Below, piece by piece: positions 41,347-50,647 of a DNA stretch of 64,000 nucleotides. A program made the translations under genes and the position numbers. Source of the stretch: Eubacteriales bacterium. Lineage in GTDB: Bacteria; Bacillota; Clostridia; Oscillospirales; CAG-272. The notes under the pieces are model-generated. The model saw only the letters and a program-made list of their open reading frames with translations. It did not search any database and was not told the DNA's origin. Position 1 is the first letter of the stretch, and each line of letters starts with the position of its first letter. The DNA lies in the NCBI GenBank assembly GCA_045652425.1, contig JAZRUG010000032.1, positions 111,858 through 175,857 of the forward strand, written 5' to 3'.

Positions 41347-41736
41347 TTATTTCTTGTTTTTAATTGCCTCGAGTCTTTTGTCAAGCATTTCAGAAAGCTC
41401 AAGCAGTTCCTCTTCACTTACGTCTTCGGATTCAACAAGTGATGCAAACATCATTGGTAATCTTCCCTTTGCCTTTTTCATCAGCAAAGCAGATTCTCCT
41501 GCGAAATACTCACTTTCGTCAATTAACGGAAAGAATTTATGCGAATATCCGCTTTTGTCTACACCTACAAAACCTTTATTCAAAAGTCTTGAAAGCAAAA
41601 CGTGGGCAGTCGGTACTTTCCAACTGTATTTGTCGGCAAGTAATTTTACGATTTCACTCGCTTTTAATGCATTTTTTTCAGTCCACAAAACTCTCATTAT
41701 ATCAAGTTCGGATTCGGGCAGTCGTTCAAAACCCAT
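41347..41736 (-). CDS. BlaI/MecI/CopY family repressor
   Basis: ESELDIMRVLW..W..PTAHVLLSRL..KGFV motif. Start at MGFERL behind GGGGTG. Confidence 0.9.
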   Translation of the reverse strand: MGFERLPESELDIMRVLWTEKNALKASEIVKLLADKYSWKVPTAHVLLSRLLNKGFVGVDKSGYSHKFFPLIDESEYFAGESALLMKKAKGRLPMMFASLVESEDVSEEELLELSEMLDKRLEAIKNKK

Positions 41737-41757
41737 AATTTTCACCCCACTATAATT

Positions 41758-41810
41758 CATAGACATCTTGTCTTCGATTTAATCATAACAAACCATAGAC
41801 ACTTTGTCAA
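41758..41810 (-). promoter_or_regulatory. SigA promoter with two GACA-N3-TGTC operators
   Basis: TTGACA (41810-41805)-17-TATGAT (41787-41782). Palindromes TAGACActtTGTCAA over the -35 and AGACAtctTGTCT downstream of the -10. Confidence 0.75.
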
Positions 41811-41860
41811 GAGTTTTTTGTAAAAAAAATGTATATGAGCAAAACCCATATACATTATCA

Positions 41861-42586
41861 TTATATTATTTCTCCCGATGAAAGCAATCTTTCTGTTCCG
41901 TCGGCAAGTATTATTTTTAAGAAGCAATCTTCGTTTACTCCAATTATTTTACCTGTAATTTTCCTGTTATTATCTGCATAATCGGTTACTGTTACACTTT
42001 CACCTATCCACGCCATATTCTTTTCATATTTAGTAACGAGGTCGGTTGGATTTGTCTTTACAAGCGCGCCAAGCCTTTTTACGATATCAGATGCAAGTAT
42101 TAGCTTGTCGCCGTTATAATAAGCGCACCCTGCTTTATGTTTTATCTCTTCCGGAAAGTCGTTTTCCGGCTCGGTAAGGTTTATTCCTATGCCTACAACT
42201 ATGTTCTTTAATCCCTCTTCTGTTGTTCTACACTCCGTAAGAATACCGCATATCTTCTTTTCATTGAGCAATATGTCGTTTACCCACTTTATTTTAACAC
42301 CCGATACACCTGCTTCATTTAAAGCATCTTTTACCGCCAATGCCGCCGCAGGTGTACACAAATTTATGGGAATAGCTATCTCCGACATTTGTAAAACAAC
42401 CGACATATATAGTCCGCCGTTATACGAAAAATACTGTCTGCCCATTCTCCCCTTGCCCCCCGACTGACTGTCGGATATCACGGTCAAAAGGTGCTGTGAA
42501 TCAGTATTTTCAAGGGCTATTCTGTTCGTCGAATCAACACAAGTATAATGATGTATTTTTATTCCGTTAATTGTCTTTTCGGTCAT
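41861..42586 (-). CDS. birA: Biotin-protein ligase (no N-terminal HTH)
   Basis: DSTN, QSGGKGRMGR, KWVNDI, KICGIL, GIGIN and SGEI motifs. Confidence 0.93.
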   Translation of the reverse strand: MTEKTINGIKIHHYTCVDSTNRIALENTDSQHLLTVISDSQSGGKGRMGRQYFSYNGGLYMSVVLQMSEIAIPINLCTPAAALAVKDALNEAGVSGVKIKWVNDILLNEKKICGILTECRTTEEGLKNIVVGIGINLTEPENDFPEEIKHKAGCAYYNGDKLILASDIVKRLGALVKTNPTDLVTKYEKNMAWIGESVTVTDYADNNRKITGKIIGVNEDCFLKIILADGTERLLSSGEII

Positions 42587-42626
42587 TAATATAATCACCT
42601 CTTTTTGCAATATTATAAAATAATTA

Positions 42627-42796
42627 ATGAAATATTGCTGCGCAATATGAAATAATTCTGCGAATTATGAAATATTTTGACTCAACGGCAAAATGTGAAA
42701 TAAAATTCGCCTCCTAACATTTGCGAAGCAAATATTTCATACGCGTTAGCGTATTTCATAGCAAAGCTATTTCACTCGCCGTAAGGCGAATTTCAT
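42627..42796. repeat. Symmetric array of 4 RTGAAAT and 4 ATTTCAY boxes separated by mini-hairpins (function unknown)
   Basis: RTGAAAT boxes at 42627, 42647, 42667, 42695 and ATTTCAY boxes at 42734, 42753, 42769, 42790, with a short hairpin between successive boxes. Confidence 0.85.
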
Positions 42797-42797
42797 T

Positions 42798-42830
42798 GAA
42801 AAAGACCAAGTCATTGACTCGGTCTTTTTC
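42798..42830 (-). terminator. Terminator of tRNA-Leu(CAA)
   Basis: GAAAAAGACC-AAGTC-att-GACTC-GGTCTTTTTC directly after the tRNA CCA. Confidence 0.8.
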
Positions 42831-42917
42831 TGGTGCCGGAAGCGGGGGTCGAACCCGCACGGTATCGCTACCACTGGATTTTGAGTCCAGCACGTCTGCC
42901 AATTCCATCATTCCGGC
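42831..42917 (-). tRNA. tRNA-Leu(CAA)
   Basis: GCCGGAA acceptor stem, CTGGA-CT-CAA-AA-TCCAG anticodon arm, long variable arm, GTTCGA and encoded CCA. TTGACA-17-TATAAT promoter at 42966-42938. Confidence 0.96.
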
Positions 42918-43057
42918 GATTATTTTCAACATTCTGTATTATAACAAATTTATTTATAATTGTCAAGTGTTTACGGATATTTTATGTTAAATAAATATCA
43001 AGTTAAACTATAAGCCTCCCAAAGTTTTAATATCTTCGAGAGGCTTTATGTACTCAC

Positions 43058-43381
43058 TTAATATTTTATAGGCCAAACAAGTTTTGCGGGGTCAAGAAGC
43101 TCGTCAATCTCATTCTACGTAAATATTCCTTCTTCCAAAAGATACTCTTTTGCAGTCTTACCGGAAGAAATTACTTTCTTCGCTATATCCGCCGCCTTAA
43201 CGTATCCGATTACGGGACAAAGCGCTGTAACAAGACCTGCGCTTCTCTCTACGTAAGATTTGCAAACGTCTGCATTTGCAACAATACCGGCTCAAATGCG
43301 TTAAGTTCAAGTTGTCCTGCCTCTGCTGCCATATTTACCGTCTTAAGTCCGTCTGCAGTCTTTCTCAATTCTGGTATTCAT
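43058..43381 (-). pseudogene. aspA: Aspartate ammonia-lyase remnant with large internal deletions
   Basis: RBS then MNTRIEKD, then out-of-frame TVNMAAEAGQLELNAFEP, then GIVANADVCKSYVERSAGLVTALCPVIGYVKAADIAK..IFT*NEIDELLDP. Only about 320 bp remain. Confidence 0.85.
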
Positions 43382-43616
43382 AGTTCGATTCCTCCGCACA
43401 ATTACCTATATCGTATTTTATATAACCATTTTTACACTAACACAACCCTCTTTTTTTGACAATATCAACATTATTTTTTCTTGTTTTTAAATTATTTTAA
43501 AAGAAAAATTTTATATAATTATGTAATATATCGATATGTTTGTTATAGTTAAGCAAAAAAGGAAAAAGGAAGTATTATAAAAACAATACTTCCTTTTGGT
43601 ATCTAAAATTTTTAAA

Positions 43617-44705
43617 TCAGTCTTTTGGAGTCAAATAACCCTTCTTTGCAAGAAGTTCAGCAATAAGTACTGCACCGCCTGCTGCGCCTCTCAATGTATT
43701 GTGAGAAAGACCAATAAACTTATAGTCATAAAGGTGGTCTTCGCGAAGTCTGCCCGCTGTAATCCCCATTCCCTTTTCGATGTCTCTGTCAATACCTGTC
43801 TGAGGACGGTTATCTTCTTCGAAATATGTGATAAACTGCTTGGGTGCTGAAGGCAATTCAAGTTCCTGGGGCGCGCCCTTGTATTCTTTCCATGCCTTCA
43901 AAATTTCTTCCTTGGTGGGCTTATTCTTAAATGATACAAATACAGCCGCCAAATGTCCGTCTGTTACGGGAACTCTTATACACTGTGTTGTAATGTGAGG
44001 TCCGTCTGCCTTAACGATCTCGCCGTTTTCAACCTTACCCCAAATACGAAGAGGTTCCTGTTCGCTCTTCTCTTCTTCGCCTCCGATATACGGAATAACG
44101 TTATCAATCATTTCGGGCCATTCCTTGAACGTCTTGCCTGCGCCCGAAATCGCCTGGTAAGTAGTTACAACTACGTCTGTAGGCTCATATTTAAGCAATG
44201 CAGAAAGCATGGGAACATAGCTCTGAATAGAGCAGTTGGGTTTAACTGCGATAAAGCCCTTCTTTGTACCGAGTCTCTTCTTCTGTGCTTCGATAACTTC
44301 AAGGTGCGCATCGTTTATTTCCGGAACCACCATAGGAACGTCCGGTGTCCAACGGTGTGCAGAGTTGTTTGATACAACGGGGATTTCAGCTTTTGCATAA
44401 GCTTCTTCCAGTGCTTTAATCTCATCTTTCTTCATATCAACAGCACAGAAAACGAAATCTACTTTTTCGGTACTTGCCTTTATATCAGATGCATCTGTTA
44501 CTACAATCTTCTTTACTGCCTCGGGCATAGGAGTCTTAAGTTTCCATCTTTCTCCTACTGCTTCTTCATAAGTCTTTCCTGCAGAACGGGCGCTTGCCGC
44601 AATAGCAACTACTTCAAAATAGGGGTGGTTTTCAAGGAGTGTCAAAAAACGCTGACCTACCATACCGGTTCCGCCTACAACGCCTACTCTTAATTTTCTT
44701 TCCAT
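43617..44705 (-). CDS. asd: Aspartate-semialdehyde dehydrogenase
   Basis: GGTGMVGQRF, SNNSAHR, PNCS, YQAISGAG and HNTLRGAAGG motifs. Confidence 0.95.
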   Translation of the reverse strand: MERKLRVGVVGGTGMVGQRFLTLLENHPYFEVVAIAASARSAGKTYEEAVGERWKLKTPMPEAVKKIVVTDASDIKASTEKVDFVFCAVDMKKDEIKALEEAYAKAEIPVVSNNSAHRWTPDVPMVVPEINDAHLEVIEAQKKRLGTKKGFIAVKPNCSIQSYVPMLSALLKYEPTDVVVTTYQAISGAGKTFKEWPEMIDNVIPYIGGEEEKSEQEPLRIWGKVENGEIVKADGPHITTQCIRVPVTDGHLAAVFVSFKNKPTKEEILKAWKEYKGAPQELELPSAPKQFITYFEEDNRPQTGIDRDIEKGMGITAGRLREDHLYDYKFIGLSHNTLRGAAGGAVLIAELLAKKGYLTPKD

Positions 44706-44763
44706 AATATCTTCTCCATTCTATAATGAATTTTATTTTTTCAAAACAATCTACACAGATAAT

Positions 44764-44950
44764 AAAAAAAACCGAAGCCAAAATACTGCTTCGGGGTGAG
44801 GATATCATTTTATCCGCACGGTTCCACCCAAATGTTTCACTCGTGTTTAATCTGTATAAAAATTGACTCACAGGTGGTACCTTGCATCTTTCCCGTACGG
44901 CTCTTTCAGCTTCTAAAACCGCTCTCTGTTACGGCAATTAATACAAAACG
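44764..44950 (-). promoter_or_regulatory. T-box riboswitch upstream of asd
   Basis: Stem I with CAGAGAG and GCTGAAAG boxes, T-box GGGTGGAACCGTG (44829-44817), and a CCGAAGC..GCTTCGG terminator with U-tract. Confidence 0.88.
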
Positions 44951-45034
44951 TGTCCCGTAAATTTACATAATCATACCATACAAAATTAAGTATGTCAAGA
45001 AAAAATCCGTATTTTTTAAGTATTATCAACAATT

Positions 45035-45415
45035 TTATTTATCAAGAACAAAACTTTCGGGCAAAAGCTCACTCAATTTGTACACCTTGGTCTCGTTTTC
45101 GGTCTTCGCAAGTACAATCTTGAAATCTCTGTCAGCAAATTCAGCCAACGTCTGTCTGCACATACCGCAAGGATAGCAATAATCGTCTCCCCCGGTTATA
45201 ACTATTGCTTTAAAATCTCTGTTACCGTCAGCAACAGCATTTCCAACTGCAACGCGCTCGGCGCAGATAGTTACGGGATATGATGAATTTTCAATATTAC
45301 AGCCCTTATATATCCTACCGTCTCCACAAAGCAGTGCCGCGCCTACTTTAAAATTTGAATACGGCGCATACGCATTTTCCTTTGCTTCAAATGCTTCTTT
45401 TATCGGATATCTCAT
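45035..45415 (-). CDS. cdd: Cytidine deaminase
   Basis: AYAPYSNFKVGAAL, GCNIEN, CAER and PCGMCRQ motifs. Confidence 0.95.
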   Translation of the reverse strand: MRYPIKEAFEAKENAYAPYSNFKVGAALLCGDGRIYKGCNIENSSYPVTICAERVAVGNAVADGNRDFKAIVITGGDDYCYPCGMCRQTLAEFADRDFKIVLAKTENETKVYKLSELLPESFVLDK

Positions 45416-46371
45416 CTTAATTCTCCAATATAAATAATCTTATCTAAATCATTATTTTTTAAAGCGTTTATCACGTGTCCTGCCAATCTTATACTGCTCT
45501 TCTGAATATAAGGTTCGTCAAAACATTTTTCTACTGTCTCAATAACAATCCTTCTCTGTTCGTTTTCGGGTAATTTCTTCAACAGCTTCGATATTTTCAA
45601 AACATCTTCTTTTAATACTTCGATACCGCTATTTCCTGCCATTTCGGCAAATATACGGTTCATAAGTACAATCGAATAAATATTGTTCCCAATTTCATTA
45701 TATGCAATATCGTTCTTTTCGCAATAACCGTATATAAGATTTTGTATATTATCTTCACCGAACCCGTTAACAAAACCGTTCTCAAAAATAATATTTTCAA
45801 GATATTTCTTTAGTTGCAAAATCCCTCTGTATCCACCGCAACCGTTCACAGAATCGTAAGAAAGATATCTGCTCATTCCGTGCGCAAAATATTTGCCGTC
45901 ATATCTCTTTAAATATGCAAGTATCTCCCCGTCAAGCATTTTATTATACCGGGTGTGCGGGTAATTTATTCTACTGCTCTTCGCCTTTACCAAAAGGCTT
46001 ACACATTCAAAAACGCACTGTTTTATAACCTTTTGTCCTTTTTTGTAAACGGTATTTACGTCATTTTCTATTATAAAATCCAGCGCATCCTCGTGTGATT
46101 CAAAAGTAAAAAGCGCCATATCAAGACAATACAAAAGCGACACGAATATATCATTTGCCGTATCTTTCATAACAGAGGTACTCTCATACCCAGTATATTC
46201 CGCAATAAGTTCAGATAATATTTCACCTATCTGTTTCTTAATATCAGCAAACTTTTTCTCGTTCAAAAACGACTGTCGCTTTCCCTCGCTTGAAAGAGTG
46301 CGAAAATAATCGGAAAAGTTTATATATTCATAATTAAGTGAATTTCCGTAAAAATTTTTAAGTTCTTTCAT
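45412..46371 (-). CDS. Hypothetical protein, DUF6179-like
   Basis: Start at MKELKN. YTGYESTSV..A..I..S..YC and GILQLKKYL..I..EN.F patterns recalled from DUF6179. Coupled to the upstream gene and to cdd. Confidence 0.6.
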   Translation of the reverse strand: MKELKNFYGNSLNYEYINFSDYFRTLSSEGKRQSFLNEKKFADIKKQIGEILSELIAEYTGYESTSVMKDTANDIFVSLLYCLDMALFTFESHEDALDFIIENDVNTVYKKGQKVIKQCVFECVSLLVKAKSSRINYPHTRYNKMLDGEILAYLKRYDGKYFAHGMSRYLSYDSVNGCGGYRGILQLKKYLENIIFENGFVNGFGEDNIQNLIYGYCEKNDIAYNEIGNNIYSIVLMNRIFAEMAGNSGIEVLKEDVLKISKLLKKLPENEQRRIVIETVEKCFDEPYIQKSSIRLAGHVINALKNNDLDKIIYIGELR

Positions 46372-46882
46372 CCGTATAGCTTTCCGTTTCGTAAACATCT
46401 CCCACCGAAGCGTTATTCTGCCCCAGTTCCATCTCAACGTATTTCACCAAAAGGTCAATATCTCTTTCTCGCATTATCTCAACAGAACCCATGGCCTTGT
46501 TTTCATAATAATCCCTTAAAAGTCTTACGAGGTCATTGTCGGATATTCTGTCACATACCGCCGTCTTAACCTGAAAGAAAATATATACCAACTCTTCAAG
46601 AAGCGCAGCATAATTCCCCTGATCAACAAATATAGAACGGGAAAATTCATCGGCGAGTATCGGCAAAATCCCCGCACCTATCTCTACTCTGTCGCTTTCT
46701 CTTAATGCGCCCTTTACCGCATCAGCAAGTCTGTTTACCTGCTTTACGGTCAATACTACACCGTATTCGTTAGTTTGGCTGTTAAGTTCTGCAAGTGCAT
46801 CTTTCAGCGCATTCGTATCTGACAACTGTATTTGATTTATATTAATTAGAGAATTGTTTTTTTGGTTTCTTTTAAAATACAT
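46358..46882 (-). CDS. Hypothetical protein, DUF6323-like
   Basis: Start at MYFKRN. N..T..YGVVLT..L..RVE.G.GI..L..FS.S.F..Q.NY pattern. Upstream partner of the DUF6179-like gene. Confidence 0.6.
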   Translation of the reverse strand: MYFKRNQKNNSLININQIQLSDTNALKDALAELNSQTNEYGVVLTVKQVNRLADAVKGALRESDRVEIGAGILPILADEFSRSIFVDQGNYAALLEELVYIFFQVKTAVCDRISDNDLVRLLRDYYENKAMGSVEIMRERDIDLLVKYVEMELGQNNASVGDVYETESYTDERT

Positions 46883-46884
46883 TT

Positions 46885-48024
46885 TTACTTCTTCTTTTTC
46901 TTTGCAATAACTATAATAACTGCCGCAACTACAGCTGCAGCAACACAAGCAATAACAATTATAAGTCCTGTATTGCTCTTTCCGGGCATCGTAACATTAT
47001 TCTCTGTTTCCGGCGCTTGAGTTTGATTAACCGTTTCTGATAAAGTTTCCGTTACCTTTTCTATACTTTCCGTTTCCTTTAGCGTTTCAGCTTCGGTTAC
47101 TGGCTGTGTTGCCGGCGGTGTTGTTCCCGGTTCATACCAATAGGCTGACTGTGTAACTTCAAAGGGGGTTGCCAGTGCGTTATCAACACATTCTCTTATA
47201 AAAGGCAAAACTCTCGCTCTCATTCTGTTTGGCATAGTCTTTAAATTATCAAGAGAAAAACCAAGCGTCTTCATCCAAGTTGCCGCAACGATATATCTTC
47301 CGTAATCAAGTGTTAAGTGCAGTCCATCTCTTGTTAATTTGTCACCAAGATAACTTGTTCTTGCATTCTGTATAGCCGTACCTGCAGGAATAATAAAATC
47401 TATCTTTTCGTTTGGCACTATATATGTTTTTACGCACCTCATAATGCTATTATACATATATTTTTCGTCTTTCTTGTAATATGTTGCAAAAGCAGAACCC
47501 GTATAACCGGTTTCGTATGCCCACGTCATATGCCAACCAAGCTTTGCATTCGGACATTTACTCTTTACGTAATCAACCATATACGTTAAATCGTCTTTGT
47601 ATTTACTTTCCTGCCCACTGTGAACGCTGGAATTCTGGAGTGTAACTATATCCCAATCCTCGTCTGTTAATGCAGTTTCCAAAGAAACATTTTGAGTTGT
47701 CGGACAAACACTCATAAGCGAAAAGGACGTATTCTTGTAATATTTATAAGCTGCTTTATTATTTTTTGCATTTTCCGCGTGCTGCTGAATAGTGCAACCG
47801 CCTATATACATATTACCAACTATTATATTTTTTACGCCGCAATCCTTTGCAACCATGGGTATATATTCGGTGGCATCTTCGCTAAAACTGTTTCCAATCG
47901 CAAGTATTTTCAAAGAATCTTTTTGCGCAATACTCGTAACGTCAGTAAGAGCGTTTGCGGGGATACAACACAACAGCATTGCAATCGCCATAAAAACAAC
48001 AATTGCTCTTAATTTCTTTCTCAT
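46885..48024 (-). CDS. Secreted SGNH-like hydrolase (DUF4886-like) with C-terminal membrane anchor
   Basis: Signal peptide, ILAIGNSFS, WDIVTLQ, HMTWAY and RDGLH motifs, then a Thr/Glu linker, TM and KKKKK. Confidence 0.8.
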   Translation of the reverse strand: MRKKLRAIVVFMAIAMLLCCIPANALTDVTSIAQKDSLKILAIGNSFSEDATEYIPMVAKDCGVKNIIVGNMYIGGCTIQQHAENAKNNKAAYKYYKNTSFSLMSVCPTTQNVSLETALTDEDWDIVTLQNSSVHSGQESKYKDDLTYMVDYVKSKCPNAKLGWHMTWAYETGYTGSAFATYYKKDEKYMYNSIMRCVKTYIVPNEKIDFIIPAGTAIQNARTSYLGDKLTRDGLHLTLDYGRYIVAATWMKTLGFSLDNLKTMPNRMRARVLPFIRECVDNALATPFEVTQSAYWYEPGTTPPATQPVTEAETLKETESIEKVTETLSETVNQTQAPETENNVTMPGKSNTGLIIVIACVAAAVVAAVIIVIAKKKKK

Positions 48025-48215
48025 TTTCTATACACTCCAATCGCTTTTTCGTTTACTTTATTATACCCCTCACGTTTTATTTTGTCAACAACACGCCTAC
48101 TGCAACTTTTATGTTATGGTAGAATACATTATTTAACTATTGACAACTTGCTGACTATGTTATAAAATGTAGTGGTAGTAATATCGAATTCGTTTCGTTC
48201 AGCGAGGTAAACAAT

Positions 48216-49400
48216 ATGAAAAATTCAATTATTATTCCCTCCGCCCTTCAACTTTGCATTGATGATATCGGTTGGTTTAACGGCGCTGACGAAAGACATA
48301 TAGGCAGACCGTCTCGTACGGGGATGCCGAGAAAACACGTTCCCGAAGATTATACCGTATTGAACGAAATAGGTAAGGCGCTCGATATGAAAATAATCTG
48401 CCCTCTCATACTTGGCGAGTGGGATAAAGATAACCTATTAAGAAACGAGGTCGGTGCAACCTTTCAGCCTTTCACTTGGGACAGAGCCTCTTTAATAGAT
48501 TATAAGATTGCAGAAAAGTCGCTTGAGGTTGCTGAAAACAGCGAATTTATTGAATACGCGTATCACGGTTTACTTCACGGCACATACGACGAAAAAGGCA
48601 ACCAAATTACAGAATGCGAATTTTTTGAATATAAAAGCCCGACAGATAAAACATTGGTACTCCAAACGGAAGATGAAATTCTTCACCGTATGGAGATTTA
48701 CTACAAAATATACGACTCTTGGGGCTTCAAGAAAAAAATCCGCTCATTCTCTTCCCCAACCGTTATTCCTCAATATTTTAAAGCAGAAAATCTTCTCCCA
48801 CTTGCATCGGCGTTGGAGAAAAACGGTATTTATTATTGGACGAACAGGTGGAAAAGCGTTATATCTTATTCGGAGTTTATCGGAAACGTTTTGTATTTAG
48901 AAAAAAACGTCAGATACAAAAACCCAAGAATTGGTATTCCATGGAACGCCTATGATTTTGACCCAAATTATATTATGGATTTTGCAAAATCGGGCGATGA
49001 CGTCATTGGTGATATCTTAAGCACACATTGGCCAAATTATCTCCGTTTCAACTATCAGAAAAACCTTGAATCAGTTGAACCTTGGGTAAGATATTTAAAA
49101 AAGCAGAGTGAAGTTTTTGGGCTTATGCTTTCAAAAGATATCGTATTCTGCGGAAATCAGCATTTGTACAAAAAATTTACCAGAGCAACAAAAATCAAAA
49201 ATATTGTTACTTTTGACGTTTCGGAAGTTTCAAAAAACTCTAAATTACAACTTACACCTGAATTTTACGTTAGCTTTAAAAACGGTGTGGTTCCACAAAG
49301 CATCACAGGCGGCAGTTTTGAACTCTACGAAACACACAAAAATTTTATAACTTATAAAATCAAGCACACAACCAATATTATACAAATCACCGTAAATTAA
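48216..49400 (+). CDS. Polysaccharide-deacetylase-like protein, paralog 1 of 3
   Basis: LCIDDIGW, YHGLLH and HWPN motifs resemble NodB/CE4 metal ligands. TTGACA-17-TAAAAT promoter at 48140. Confidence 0.65.
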   Translation: MKNSIIIPSALQLCIDDIGWFNGADERHIGRPSRTGMPRKHVPEDYTVLNEIGKALDMKIICPLILGEWDKDNLLRNEVGATFQPFTWDRASLIDYKIAEKSLEVAENSEFIEYAYHGLLHGTYDEKGNQITECEFFEYKSPTDKTLVLQTEDEILHRMEIYYKIYDSWGFKKKIRSFSSPTVIPQYFKAENLLPLASALEKNGIYYWTNRWKSVISYSEFIGNVLYLEKNVRYKNPRIGIPWNAYDFDPNYIMDFAKSGDDVIGDILSTHWPNYLRFNYQKNLESVEPWVRYLKKQSEVFGLMLSKDIVFCGNQHLYKKFTRATKIKNIVTFDVSEVSKNSKLQLTPEFYVSFKNGVVPQSITGGSFELYETHKNFITYKIKHTTNIIQITVN

Positions 49401-49447
49401 CGGTCATTAGCATAAATTGTAAATGATAAAAAAGGAGTATAGATTTA

Positions 49448-50616
49448 TGAAAAATTCAGTCATTCTCCCCTCGGCGCTTCAACTTTGCGTTGATGATGTG
49501 GGGTGGTTTTTGGGAAGAGATGATAGACATATGGGACGCCCTTCGCGTACCGGTATGCCAAGAAAGCATTTTCCCGAAGACTATGAAGCTCTTGCCGACC
49601 TCGGTAAAGCTATCGATATGAAAATTATGTGCCCTATCTGTCTCGCAGAATGGGATAAAGATAATATTTTAAGAGGAAAACCCGGATTTACATACGAGCC
49701 CGATACTTGGGACAGAGCATCTATTATCGATTATAAAGTTGCTGAAAAATCATTCGAAATTGCAGAAAACAGTGAATATATCGAATATGCATATCACGGA
49801 AATCTTCACGGCAACTATGCCCCCGACGGAAGCCAAATAACAGAAATGGAGTTTTTTGAATACAAGACACCCGAAGATACCCTTCTTTCTACACAGTCAG
49901 AAGAAGAAATACTCTACAGACTTGACGTCTTCAATCAAATATACAAATCTTGGGGATTCAAGAAAAAAATCCGTTCGTTCTGCGCTCCAAACGGTATTCC
50001 CAAACACCTCACAAATGAAGATTTGTTACCGTTGGCATCAGCTCTAAAGAAGAATAACATTGAATATTGGACAAGTCGTTGGAAAAAAACTGTATGTGAT
50101 ACCGTATTCTACGATGGTATTATCTATATGGAAAAGAACGTTAACTTCGGTGTGCCGTGGGATGCGTACGATTTTGACCCCGAATATATGAAGGACTTTG
50201 CAAAAGAGGGCGATGAGGTTATCGGTGACGTTCTCGGTATGCATTGGCCCAATTTCTTGCATTATCAACCGCAAAACAACTATAAGGCTTTGGGCGGTTG
50301 GGTGAAATATTTCAAAAAACAGGCTGAAATATTCGGTCTTATGCTCTCAAAAGATATTGCTTTCTCTTCCAAACAGCACGTTTACCGCCGTTTCAGTAAG
50401 CTTTCATTTGAAGAAAATAAAGTTATTGTTGACCTGACCGACGTTCTTAACAAACCTACTGATGCACTTGAAGGCGAGTTTTATATAAGCTTTAAAAACA
50501 ACGTTACTCCTATTGAATGTAACGGCGGAAGTTTTGAGCTTTACGAAACTCACAATAACTTTAAAACATATAAAATAAAACACACCTCTGACAAAGTACA
50601 AATCACTGTTAATTAA
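49448..50616 (+). CDS. Polysaccharide-deacetylase-like protein, paralog 2 of 3
   Basis: MKNSVILPSALQLCVDDVGW..YHGNLH..HWPN. AAGGAG RBS before the MKNSV start codon (position approximate). Confidence 0.65.
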
Positions 50617-50647
50617 TATGCAAATGATAAAAAAGGAGTATATATCT

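Noticed and set aside
42721-42990. 89-aa ORF
   Set aside because: It runs across the hairpin ladder and antisense through tRNA-Leu, so it is spurious.
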